64,000 nucleotides of DNA from Octopus sinensis (taxonomy: Eukaryota), in the NCBI RefSeq assembly GCF_006345805.1, contig NC_043018.1:9486001-9550000 (forward strand), given 5' to 3'. The notes under the pieces are model-generated. The model saw nothing but the letters and a program-made list of their open reading frames with translations, was not told where the DNA came from and made no database searches. A program made the position numbers and the translations under genes. Shown here in pieces: positions 12,444 through 24,573 of this stretch; position 1 is the first letter of the stretch, and each line of letters opens with the position of its first letter.

Positions 12444-12811
12444 CTAGTACAACGACCCGGCGTTGCCAGCTCATAGTGCCAGTGCATGCATATACAGCTG
12501 TGTGCATGCGCACATACATGCAAGTACTGTCTAAATCTCTGACCGATCACATACAGCTAGCTGGCATTCAATTGGCGTATCAAGTTTCAGGCATTTTGAT
12601 TGGGTTTTGGATAGAAAATTCACAAGAAAGTCACTTCTGTTGATTTTTTAATGGCTTTGCGGGATCACTGGGGAAATGTAAAGATGTGCACGACCACCCT
12701 TGGATGGGTTTGAATGACCATAGAAAGTGCATGCCCTCAAACTGAAAAATTGTGGATTTGTATAAAGGGCACACATACAGACAGACATTTTGCCGTTTAT
12801 ATATAGAGAGA
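12444..12811 (-). mobile_element. Non-autonomous Helitron (family D)
   Basis: On minus strand A|TC 5' end, 3' hairpin and CTAG|T; no TSD; homologous to 38634-39005 and 47799-48161. Confidence 0.8.
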
Positions 12812-13877
12812 TGATGAACAAAACATTGCTATGTTCTGAGTTCAAATTCCGCTGACATCAACTTTGCCTTTCCTCCTTTCAGGGTTGATGAAATAAGTAC
12901 CAGTTACACACGGGGTGTCAATGTAATCGACTTACCCCATCCCCCAAAACTGCTGAGCTTGTATTAAAATTTGAAATCATTATCATCATCTTTATTATTA
13001 TTATTCTTAATAATAATAATTGTAATAATTATTATAATTTTTTCCTAATTTTGGCGACATTAAATGTTAACGATGATTATCATTGCTGTTGTTGATGTTG
13101 TGGGATTGGTTTATTTTCCTGATAATCCTTCCAATTAAGAATGTCTGCATCAGACCCAATTTGTAATGTACTTGAGAGGGATATAGCTGCCTGATTATTA
13201 CTATTACAGGCCTTCCATACTTACAGACTTTCATACTTATAGGCTTTCATACTTACAGGCCTTTCCTACTTACTATTACAACTTCACTTTTGAAAGAAAA
13301 CCGATGCTATTAAAAAAAAGAAATTAAAACATTTAATAAATAAAAATAAACATAAAAAACTAACGAGTTATTAAATTGATTAATTAATACATTATTAATT
13401 ATTGACTTTTTATGCATTTACATATTTGTTCTGCTTACTTAGGACATCCAAGATCACCTTACTTAAAACCTTTTGCTTGTGTCAGTCATTTGGATGTGGC
13501 CATACTGGAGCACTGCCTTGAAGGGTTTAGTTAAATAAATCACACTCTGATGCTTATTCTTTAAATGTAGCGCTTATTTTATTGGTCCTTTTTGCTGAAC
13601 TGCAAAGTTATGGAGAGATTGAAAAAAAACAGCACCAACTGGCATACAGGCACACAGGCTCGCACACACACACGCACACAGAAATGCAAACATACACACA
13701 CATGCACATGCACATAAACATTCATGCACACACACAAACATGCAGGCACACCAGCATGCACACACACACACACAACTAAAAACACACACTCAGACATACA
13801 CATACATGTGTGCACACATGCACGCACACACAAACATGCACCTTTGTGCACTCACACACACTCATGCAAACATGCAT

Positions 13878-13910
<33 letters not shown>

Positions 13911-14054
13911 CACACAGTTTCCCTCTACTAAATTCACTCACAAAGCATTGATCAACTTAAGGCTATTATAGGAGACACTTGCCTCAGGAGCTACACAGGG
14001 GGACTGAACCTGAAACCACACTGTTTACAAAGCAAGTTTCTTAACCACACAGCC

Positions 14055-15146
14055 AAGCCAGCAATTTCAAGGGTGGTGGGTAAGTCAATTACATTGACCC
14101 CAGTACTCAACTGGTACTTATTTTATCCACCCTGAAAGGATGAAAGACAAAGTCAACCTCGGCAGGAAATGTTACTGAGCATTTAGACTGAAAGAAGCCT
14201 TTTGTATATATATACATCTGGCTATAGAAGATCTGCTTCAACAAATTCCGTCTGACTCATGCAACCATGGGCAGGAAATGTTACTGAGCATTTACCCCAG
14301 CATGCTAACAATTCTTTTCTACTCTAGGCACAAGGCCCGAAACTTTGGGGGTGGGGGTCAGTCGATTAGATCGACCCCAGTGCGTAACTGGTACTTAATT
14401 TATCGACCCCGAAAGGATGAAAGGCAAAGACAACCTCGGCGGAATTTGAACTCAGAACGTAAGTTCAGACAAAATACCGCTTAGCATTTCGCTCAGTGTG
14501 CTAACGCTTCTGCCAGCTTGCCACCCTAAGCGTAGATATATTGGCTTAAAATTTAGGCCCCAGGGTAGCAAGTTTGAAGGAAGTAGGTAAGTCGATTATA
14601 TCGACCCCCAGAACTTAACAGAATAATTTTATCGAACCTGAAAGGATGAAAGGTGAAGTCGACTTCAGTGGAATTTGAACTCAGAACATGAAGACATGAA
14701 ATGCCACTAATCATATAATGTTGGTTTCAAATTTAGGCAGAAGGCCAGCAATTTCAGAGGAAGGGCTAAGTCAGCCCCAGTGCTCAACTATTATTTTATT
14801 GATCCTGAAGGGATGAAAAACAAAGCTGACCTCGGTGGAATTTGAACTTGGAATGTAGACGGGTGAAATGCCGCTAAGCATTTAGTCCAGTACAGTAATG
14901 TTTCTGCCAGCTCATTGCCCACAGCATAAAAATAATATTCTTTTCTACTCTAGGTACAAGGCCTGAAATTTTTGGGGAGGAGGCCAGTTGATTAGATTGA
15001 CCCTAGTACACAACTGGTACTTAATTTATCGACCCTGAAAAAATGAAAGACAAAGTCGACCTTGGCAGAATTTGAACTCGGAACTTAAAGACAGACGAAA
15101 TACTGCTAAGCATTTCACCCAGTACAGTAATGATTCTGCCAGCTCA
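14055..15146 (-). mobile_element. Head-to-tail array of about five family C SINEs
   Basis: Repeated GGATGAAAGGCAAAGTCGACCTCGG..GAATTTGAACTCAGAAC blocks, mutually diverged. Confidence 0.8.
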
Positions 15147-15496
15147 AATATATTAAAATAGGTGTTACACTCATTACACTTAAAAAAATTTTATGTATGA
15201 CTCTCGTTAATCTCACCACTCTGGCAGAGACATTAACCCTCAAATATCCAAGTTAAACTTGTCCCATATCTGGGAGAGTCTATATACTTCAAAGATATTC
15301 TATTTTCCGCTATTCTTTTATTTGTTTCAGTCATTTGACTGCGGCCATGCTGGAGTACCACCTTTAGTTGAATAAATTGACTCCAGGACTTATTCTTTTT
15401 TGAGCCTAGTATTTAATTTATCGGGGACGTAAACACACCAACATCGGTTGTCAAGCAATGTTGGGGGACAAACACAGACACACATACATACACATA

Positions 15497-16305
15497 TATA
15501 TTGTCTGGATGTTTTGCATTCTTGTCCCATTTTTGTATTTTTTATATATAAAATATAGTGGCGTATGTACACTTTGGTTTCTTATATGTAAGTATATATA
15601 TCGAAATTTTGTATGATTCTATTATTCTTTGTATTCTTTCCTTCTTTCTTTCAGTCCTTTCACACTTCGTTCATTCCACTCTTCGTTCTTTCATTCCCCC
15701 TCTCTCACATTTGCTGGCCTTCTCTTCATGCTCACTTTCTCTCTTTCACTTCACTGTGTCTCTTTCATTTTTCTCTCACCCCTCCTTAATTTTTCTATCC
15801 CTTTGCCTCTACCTCTCTCTCACTTCTCTCCTCATGTGACCGGCATTCAGCCAGGCCTGACCTTTCTTTCTTGGTTGGACTACTGTTCGTGCAACATCTA
15901 TATTCCTTCCTGTGCTCATTCAATCTTATGTCCCTGCCATAAGGCTTTACTTCCACACATGCCAGCTTGATTTAATTCGTCCTCAGTCGAAAGACACCTG
16001 TTGTTATGTCCTGTTATTTGTATTTGTATAACATTTCTGTTTTTTTTTCTGTCCTTCATGTATATTCGCTGCTTTCTTCCAAGGAATATAATGCTCTTAG
16101 CTTATTTTTCCTTGGGGCTGGCCAGATTGGAGCAATCTCAAGTATAACCAGCTAAAATTGCAAAGATAATCTGGAACTCAACTGAGGATAGAAAACTCTG
16201 AATGATCTGTCCTTGTTTTTCTTGTATCATCTGTCTGCATATTTTGTTTTCCATTTTTTGTTTCACCTAACTGTCTAGATGTTTTGCATTCTTGTCCAAT
16301 TTTTG

Positions 16306-16320
<15 letters not shown>
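15497..16320. mobile_element. Unclassified ~820-bp element bounded by ~50-bp direct repeats
   Basis: TGTCT(G/A)GATGTTTTGCATTCTTGTCC(C/A)ATTTTTGTATTTT(TA)n at ~15500-15550 and ~16270-16320. Confidence 0.45.
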
Positions 16321-16344
<24 letters not shown>

Positions 16345-16830
16345 ACGGGCTTCTTTCAGTTTCCGTCTACCAAATCTGCTCACAAGACTTTGGTTGGCTG
16401 GAGGCTATAGTAGAAGACACTTGCTCAAGGTGCCACGCAGTTAAACTGAACCCAGAACCATGTGGTTGGTAAGCAAGCTACTTACCACACAACCACTCCT
16501 GCACCTGATTCACTCATTTGAGTTCGTATAAGATAGACCTGATGATTGGCAATATAATCATTTTAATATGGTATTGTATTGAGACATTCTATTTCAGCAA
16601 TATCAAGGAATATGTTGTCATGAAACGCGCGTAGTCTAGATAACGTAAAGTATATGATTTGTAATAAGAATTGAAGGTATTAATTTTGATAATTTGGAAT
16701 AAGAAATGTAGGTATTAATTTTGATAATTTTAATATTTAGTCCTATATGTACCTATTGTGGACAATGTCATTCAATGATGACTGAGTTGCTTGAGGGTGA
16801 TTCTGTCTCTTAAACCTATCTATTTATATA

Positions 16831-16869
<39 letters not shown>

Positions 16870-17169
16870 GTCATGGGGATGTTTACATTGCCATGACTTA
16901 GCAGTTTACCAAAAGAGACTACTTGAATAAGCACCGCACTTAAGAAATAAGTACTAGAGTCTATTTCTTTGATGATGCCTTTTAAGGTGGTTCTCCAGAA
17001 CATGGCTGCATCGCAATGACTGAAACAAGTTAAAGATAAAAGATAAGCAGTTTAAGTTAATCCAAGTAAATTAAATGGAATAACAAAAGCTAATCCTCAG
17101 CAGAAACTAATTATTCCAGTAATGAGAAAACGTCACGCAAGAAATCAGTAAGCGTAACCAGATGAAATA

Positions 17170-17615
17170 TTGATTTCAAATTTTGGCACAAGGCCAGCAG
17201 TTTTGGGAGTGGGTTTAAGTCAATTGCTTCGACCCCAATACACAACTGGTACTTAATTTATTGACCCTGAAAGGATGAAAGGCAAAGTCAACTTCGGCAG
17301 AATTTGAACTCAGAATGTAAAGATGAATGAAAAGCCGTTAAGCATTTTACTTGGTGTGCTAACGATTCTGCCTGCTCACTGCCTTATTAAGATAAAATAT
17401 TTATTTCTTACCCACAAGGGGCCAAACAAGTTCAGACAAAGGGATTAAGTCAAATACATCAAACCCAGTGCATAACTGGCATTTATTTTATCGATCCCAA
17501 AAGGATGAAAGGTAAAGTCGACCTCGGCAGAATTTGAACTCAGAACGTAGCAGCAGATGAAATACTGCTAGGCATTTTGCCCGGCGTGCTAACGATTCTG
17601 CCAGATCACTGCCTT
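17170..17615 (-). mobile_element. Family C1 SINE directly upstream of a C2 SINE
   Basis: Different tails; shared 16-bp flank at 17386-17401 and 17616-17631 (14/16). Confidence 0.8.
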
Positions 17616-18529
17616 AATCAGATAAAATATTAAAAATAGATTTTAATCTGGAAACTTCAGTTATTATTGGAGATTAGAAGCAAGAATGAAGAATTTCCTT
17701 TTTTTTTCGAAAACAGTGGAATGGTGGAGAGAATGGCATTTTTATTTTTAAATTGCATTTTTAAGAATAGTCTGTTAATCTGTGAAGACCTGACAAGATC
17801 ATCATCATCATCATCATTACCATTGTCATCATTCTTATCATCATCATCATTGTTGTCATCGTCGTTGCCTGTCATTGTTATCATCACCACCATCATCATC
17901 ATCACCACCACCATTGTTGTATTTGTCATCATCATCATTGTCATTATTATCTTCATCACCACCACCACCATCATCATCATTTAATGTACACGTTTCCATG
18001 GTTGCATGGGTCAGATGGAATTTGTTGAAGCAGATCTTCTACAGCCAGATATATATATACGGAAGGCTTCTTTCAGTTTCTGTCTACCAAATCCACTCAC
18101 AAGGCTTTTGGTCAGCCCAAGGCAGTTTCCCAAGGTGCAACACAGTGGGACTGAACCCAGAACCATGTGGTTGAGAAGCAAGCTTCTTACCACCCCACCC
18201 AGCCACGTCTATGCCTATACCATTTTTTTTCTTTTTCTGAAGATAGTAAGGCATAGTTGAAATGAGTTTTTCGCTTCTATTTCTAGCAGTTTTGAGCGAG
18301 CACTCAGTGAGGCCGTTCCTTTCCTTGTCTCTTGTCCTTTCCATTGTTGTATCTTATATCCTACAACACATAAATAATGAGATGAAGACACTGAAAGCAG
18401 AATATAACAATAATGATGATATTATTGTTGCTGTTGTTGTTGTTCGCATGTAAATATTTAATAATATTATATGTCAGAGATATTAGTGAAGTTGTTATTA
18501 AACTGGGTTTTCGGTTAGAATAGTTTATT

Positions 18530-19260
18530 ATGTGATGTCATGTCTCAAATATCCATGGGCCGTGGCGGCAGCAACAGCAGCAGCAGCAACAGCACAGCAG
18601 CACCACCAACATTATTACCGCTGCTGCCACCACCACCACCATCATCATCGCTACCTTCACCATCATGACTTAGCTGACAGTCACTATCATCATCACCACC
18701 ACCACTATTATCATCACTTGTCAATACCACCACCACCACCACCACCACAACCATCACTATCACCACCATTGCCACCACCACCACCACCACCACAACCATT
18801 ACTATCACTGTCATCATTATCATCTGTCACTATTGTCAATACCATCACCACCGCCACAACCATCCATCACTATTGTCTACCACCACCATCATCATCATCA
18901 TCACCACAACCATCACTGTCACCACCACTATCATCTGTCACTACTATCAATACCACCATCACCACCACCACCACCACCACAACCATCATCACCACCACTT
19001 TGCCACAACCACCACCACTACCACCTCTACCATCACTACAACAACAGTCACCTTCATCATCACCACTACCACCAACAACAACATCATTGGATATGGCAAT
19101 GTATTCACATCCTTCCAGTCAAATATTTAGTTTCTCTTTCAACTGTTTTAGCTTCTCTGGATGTCATCACAGAATTGTATAGAGTTGTTGTTGTGGTGGT
19201 GGTGGTGATGTAATGGTGATGGTGAAGGTGATGGTGTTCGCGGTGGTGGTGGTGATGGCG
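18530..19260. repeat. Compound (CAC/CAT/GCA)n then (GGT/GAT)n trinucleotide tract
   Basis: Low-complexity repeat; source of poly-H/P/T ORFs. Confidence 0.9.
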
Positions 19261-19479
19261 AGGGTAGAGATGTATAGTTAGTCAGGGGAAGGGGAAGGTT
19301 TAATGTCTTTGAACAAAATGGTGTGACCTATGTTGTTAATGGTTGGCATGAAATGTCTGTGTGTCTTAGAGCAATCTATCTAATGGCCAAAGATGTCAGC
19401 AAAATCATTTGACAGGGAGGAAGGGAGAGGAGGGAATGGTAAGAGAATTCCCTCTCGAAAAGTCTGAAGTTAGGGGAGA

Positions 19480-19632
19480 AAGGACTGAAAGAAAAGATGT
19501 TTTGAGGCGGAGTTTTTTGGCAGCAGGGGCTGAAGGACTGATTCTTGCTGCACAAGACCAATGCCTGTCCACAAACAACTATAGAAGCAAAATGATGGAA
19601 ACAGTCTCCAACCCCAAATGGTGAATGTGCAA
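19480..19632 (+). pseudogene. Second R4/Dong-like remnant
   Basis: AGAEGLILAAQDQCLSTNNY...PKW*MC, homologous to the AAQDQ..CRLC segment at 5799-6149. Confidence 0.7.
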
Positions 19633-19640
19633 CACCATCA

Positions 19641-19988
19641 TCATTGTTCGACCGTGATCGAGACAATGGAATTTATTATTTTACACCAGACCTCATGGTC
19701 CATCAAAGCACTACGGAGGTCCTGTTGCTGGATGCCTGTATCCCTGGAGATTACATCAGGGTAGGAGAGTGTGCGCCCTCTGGTATCATGAGCAGATGGC
19801 TTCCAGAGGAGAAGAGTAGAAATTACCTCGTTTTCAGCTCTACAACAATGTCCAGCAAACTGGACTCTCCTACCTTTCAAAGAGATGATACAGGTGGTAG
19901 TTTCCCCATTTATTTGTACTTTGGTTGGATGACGCTTCCACGAGAGATTTTGAGCTCTCATAAGGAGGCAAGTGTAAGTTCCATCCAA
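19641..19988 (-). pseudogene. RTE-like LINE 3' end (ORF C-terminus plus (TGA)n tail)
   Basis: DGTYT.LLMRAQNLSWK.HPT...RRVQFAGHC.RAENEVIS.LLLWKP...RG..SYPDVI.RDTG, stop, then TGATGATG. Confidence 0.7.
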
Positions 19989-19989
19989 C

Positions 19990-20730
19990 TGACAATATGT
20001 GCATCTCTGATCACAAGCAGAAGTAGTGGGGGAGCATCATAGCCGTGTGTTGAAAGGAATTCTTAGAGGTCTGGATAATTCACCTTTGGAAACATGGGTG
20101 GTTCGTTCAACATCCTTAAACAATCATTATTCAGGGACCGTTTGAGCGGGATGGGTTACACAACCAGAAGAAAATTCTAACTGGACCCCCACCTGCAAGG
20201 TCATGCGCTGTTTATTTTGATATGAGATCACCATGTCGCGCACATATGGTTGTGATGCATGTGCCTGGTGTACCCTTATCAGACGGGTAGTCATGATGAG
20301 TATACTGTGCTTCGTATATTTTACCCCAGTGTCACTTTGATGGCATGCACTGCTCTCTCACTCAATAATAATAATAATAAATGTCCTGATGCAGTACCAG
20401 GCAGTGGCTTTCATGGCTTCTGATCTTAACTGATTGGAAGTGTTATCATGTACATTGTTTTGTCTTGGTATAAAGGATGGGCTACAGCAAATATTCTGCT
20501 CAATACCACAGATTTGCTTGTCAGTTGTTTGACCATAACCAGTTGAGCATGTCCCTTAGTGGCTGACAATATGTGCATCTCTGATCATGAGCAGAAGTAG
20601 TGGGGGAGCATCATAGCCTGGTGCACGTGCCTGGTGTACCCTTATCTGACGGGTAATCACGATGGGTATATTGTGCTTCGTATATTTTACCCCAGTGTTA
20701 CTTTGATGGCATGCACTACTCTCTCACTCA
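19990..20730 (-). mobile_element. Tandem family E copies separated by (TTA)n
   Basis: Reverse-complement match to 10971-12134; head at ~20360 adjoins the tail of the next unit through (TAA)n. Confidence 0.85.
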
Positions 20731-21447
20731 ATAATTAAAAAAAAATAAAAATAATAATAATGATAATAACAACAATAATAACACCATATAGAGACATTTT
20801 CCATTTCCTGCCTTGCTGTGAAGGGGACGAGGAGGAGCAATTCTTTTGTTTATTAAACAGACGTTAATTTAGGATTTATTATCGCACATTATCATATTAT
20901 TCTAATTTATTTTTCTCCGTCTGCAACCCTCAGTCGCTTATCTCTTGTGATGACATCATATATGTTGTGTACAAGTCTCACACGCAATACTTTTGTGTAA
21001 ACAGAGCAAAATATCGTGTTTTATTAACCCGCTGACATTTTTAGAGTTTTATTCAATGTCACTTTGCAAAGATCGTCATCTTACATATCTGTATCTACAA
21101 ACAACAATTGATGGTTTTATTGTTTAATATTTTCTCAAAGCAACATTTCGTGTATGTCATTCAAAGCTGTTAAACTTTGCGATAATAACAACTCGCCTTC
21201 CAATAGAAATATTTAAACTTCCACGGACCGACGGGAGGGAGGCCTTCATGGTGGTCATTCAACTTTCAAGAAATAACAGCTAAATCTTCTCTTCTAATTC
21301 CACTGTACTTGTTAATAACAAGTACAAACATAAATTTATAAAAAAGGCAATATATAAAGCTTGCTTCCCAACCATGTGGTGTTCGGTTCGGCCCCAATGC
21401 GCAGCACCACCATATGCAAATGTCTTCTCTTGTTTCAGGCCAACCAA

Positions 21448-21665
21448 ATGCATGGCAAGGTACCAAATCCTGCTACCACGCATATGACCTTCCAGCAGCA
21501 ATCCTCTCCAGATCACAGTCTCCAGTAGCCTTACATGGCCGTCTGAATTGAACTTAAGGCCTTGTTCAAAGATGTGGATGTCATGACACCACCCTGACTG
21601 GAGACACACCCAGAGACCATCACATTTTAGGGGAACTTGGTTTTCATGATGCCCACGTCTTGTCT
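21448..21665 (-). pseudogene. maT (DD37D)-type Tc1/mariner transposase remnant
   Basis: Frameshifted IMKTKFP..VMVSGCVSS.G.VM..HIFEQGLKFNSDG...RIAAGRSYAW*QD..PCH; similar to 32453-32881. Confidence 0.65.
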
Positions 21666-22264
21666 TACAGGTGTCAAACTCAAGGCCCGGTGATATGAAG
21701 TGCAAACCACAAACTATAACTGGAAGCAGGATAATAATCTAATTTTACACTTTATCACATTCAAGAATATAAACACGTTTTTAAGTACAACACACACGGA
21801 GTCAAAAAGAAACACCTTTCATCAACACATCAGAGTCGGCACTGCGTGAACCACAGTGCTCTCTCTCCCTAGCGTGCAGCTTCCTATCTCGGACATGTGA
21901 ACATCCGCACAGCAGCCAAACAACGCGTCGCTGGAACTGTGAAGCGCACAGTTCTATACGAGGATTTTTGTATTTTTTCATAAACTAGGGGATGGCTTAA
22001 AGATTATATATAAAAGTATAAAGTATTATATATAAGCTTAAAGCTTATATATAAAGCTTAAAGATTATATATAAAAGTATAAAGAAAGAATTAAAGAAAA
22101 AAAGGACTCATTATATTGAATGCTATCAATAATATCGAGGGGAGATAGGGGCTGCTGCAGTTCCGCAGTGCCTATACACGAGCTGCCACAGTTCGTCTTA
22201 CTACTGTAATAATAATTCAGTTCATGTGAACAATGAAAGCATATTTTAAGCGAAAATTCCGAAA

Positions 22265-22790
22265 CGAAAGTTTGAGATACATTCTAGGAGTTTCTCAAAC
22301 TAATTACTATTGTTGTATCTCCTGCCCCACATAAACTGGCAGAGATACGAGTCAACTATAGAACGGTGGGTCCCACAGCGTCGTCTATTACCTCGTTTTA
22401 TACAGGCCCATATGCTCCCCAACCACACTTGTTGCGTGTGGGTACCGTATTAGGAGTTAATAAACTCATCATTGTGGTTCACTGTTCTATGTTGAAAATT
22501 ATAACCGTCAATTTCTGGAATGTGAGAGTAGGCCCTCCATAAGTCACTGAAAATTGTGGCTCCTGGAAGAACTGACTGGCGTATACATTCCTCTAGTGTG
22601 TTACGATTCCTACATGGGACCGCATAATAAAAAAGCATGTCTGGTCTTGCAACACATTTCTCCAAAAACTCACTGCTCAGGTAGCAAGCACCCTTCCTCA
22701 GCTGCATTTACATCTTGAGAAAACGGTTTCGTCTATTTCAACAGTCTTCCCAAGACTGCCTTTCAGAACTGGGTTGCGGAGCAAGTCCTT
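22265..22790 (-). pseudogene. Merlin / IS1595 (ISXO2-like) DDE transposase pseudogene
   Basis: GKTVEIDETVF, AVPCRNRNTL..CIRQSVLPGATIFSDLWRAY..H.TVNH.EF, GTHTQ, SYLCQFMW.RR; several stops and frameshifts. Confidence 0.85.
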
Positions 22791-23699
22791 CGCACATATT
22801 TCGCGATCATTGGTGTCATAATCAACAGCCGTGCAGTGGCGCATCTCCAGTTTTTCAACACAAAACTCGACTGAAGTCAGTTCCTTGACCGATGAGTAAA
22901 GGGAAAGAAGCAGTACAGTCCTAAGAGGAAGGGGGCCATCTTCCGACCCTGTATGTTTTCTGATAGATACACATTCGTTGCATCCTTTTCGGGAGCACCG
23001 CCAGTAAATCTTCCTACGAAGTGCTGCTGCTGCTGATGATGATGATGATCATCATCATCTCCTCCTCCTCCTCCTTGGTACATAATATTTTTCTATTAGG
23101 GATGACAGTTTTCTCTTGCCTCGGTTTTCAATTTCTCCATCATATTCGAAAAACTAAACGAGTTGGGTGCGGTAATACTTCTGTTCAGGTTGAAAAGGTC
23201 CGGGAAAACGCAATTCAAAATTATGAAAAGGAGGGAATGACAGATCAGCAACGGAAAAAATATCGTTTCTCAAAAAAACAGGTGAAAACGACAAAAATGA
23301 AGTAGTACAAACGTTCAGAAAACACGCCCTTCCCAAGAAAATAGACAGGTAAAGACAATGCATGTGGTTGTAGTTTTAAGCTGGCAACAGCTTGGCTTGT
23401 TACTATAGAAACAGGCATCAATATATCTGTGGTTTTTGATTGGCTAAAATTTCTCAAAATTTGCCAACATTAAAAGCTATTAAAATTTTATTTATTAATT
23501 TATGGTAAAAACAAATTTCATTTTCATAATTAGTATACAAAACTACATCAGTACACCAAATTTGAAAACAATTAAAAAAATTTTTTAATCAAAAACTATG
23601 ATAGTCACAGAAAATGATCCAGAATATCTACAGGTGAAATTATCGTGCGGTCGCGTTAGTGGTTGAAAATTTCACAGACATGTGTATTCTTAAACGTAA

Positions 23700-24573
23700 T
23701 ATTGGTTTCAAATTTTGACTCAACGCCAGCAAGTTCGGAGGAGGGGCTACGTCGCTAAGGCAAAGTCGACTCCGGCAGAATTTGAACCCAGAACATAAAG
23801 ACGATTCTGCCGGCTCGCCGCCTATTCTTTAACGTAAAAGTGGCTTCAAATTTTTGGCACAAGGCCCCAGTGTCCAGCTGGTAATTATTTTATCGACCCC
23901 AAAAGAGGATGAATGGCAATTACGTTAAAGAATATGCGGTGGGTTGGCAGAATCGTCAGCACGCCGGGCGAAATGCTTTGCGGCATTTCATCAGTCTTTA
24001 CATTCTGAGTTCAAATTCCGCCCAGGTCGACTTTGCCTTTTCATCCTTTCAAAGTCGATAAAATGAAGGTCAATTAAGCGCTATGGTCGACTCAACTCTC
24101 CTCCGAGATTGCTGGCCCTGTGCCAAAATGTGAGACCAATAATAATCCTTACTTCCATGGGCACAAGGCCGAAATTTAGGGAAAGGACACTAATCGATTA
24201 CATCGACCCAGTGTTTTACTGGTACTTAATTTATCGACCACGAAAGAATGAAAAGCAAAGTCGACCTCGGCGGAATTTGAACTCAGAACATAAAGACAGA
24301 CGAAATACTGCTAAGCATTTCGCCCGGGGTGCTAGCGATTCTGCGAGCTCGCCACCTTGTGAAACAATAATAATCTTTTCTACTCTAGGCACAAGGTCCA
24401 AAATTTTAAGGGGAGGGGCGGTTGACTACATCGACCCCAGTACGCAACTGGTAATTAATTTATTGACCCCGAAAGGATGAAAGGCAAACTCGACCTCGGT
24501 GGAATTTGAAATCAGAACGTAAAAGACAGAAGATATACTGCTAAGCATTTCGCCCGGCGTGCTAACATTTCTG
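23700..24573 (-). mobile_element. Cluster of family C SINEs (mixed orientation); the last copy is split by the ORF1-only element, its head lying at 26172-26207
   Basis: Family C motifs; host TSD TGTGAAACAATAA at 24358-24370 and 26208-26220. Confidence 0.8.

Noticed and set aside
14055-15146. Regularly spaced repeats that could suggest a CRISPR array
   Set aside because: Units are ~200-bp diverged SINEs with Pol III boxes; no unique spacers and no cas genes; eukaryotic context.
18532-19213. Poly-H/P/T ORFs (also 41078-41713 poly-D/P and 55967-56494 poly-S/L)
   Set aside because: Stop-free only because of trinucleotide repeats; open in several frames at once.
23600-23625. AAAATGATCC as a possible TIR linking the Merlin pseudogene to the GGATC MITEs
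   Set aside because: Match limited to a few bases and no partner TIR found on the other side.
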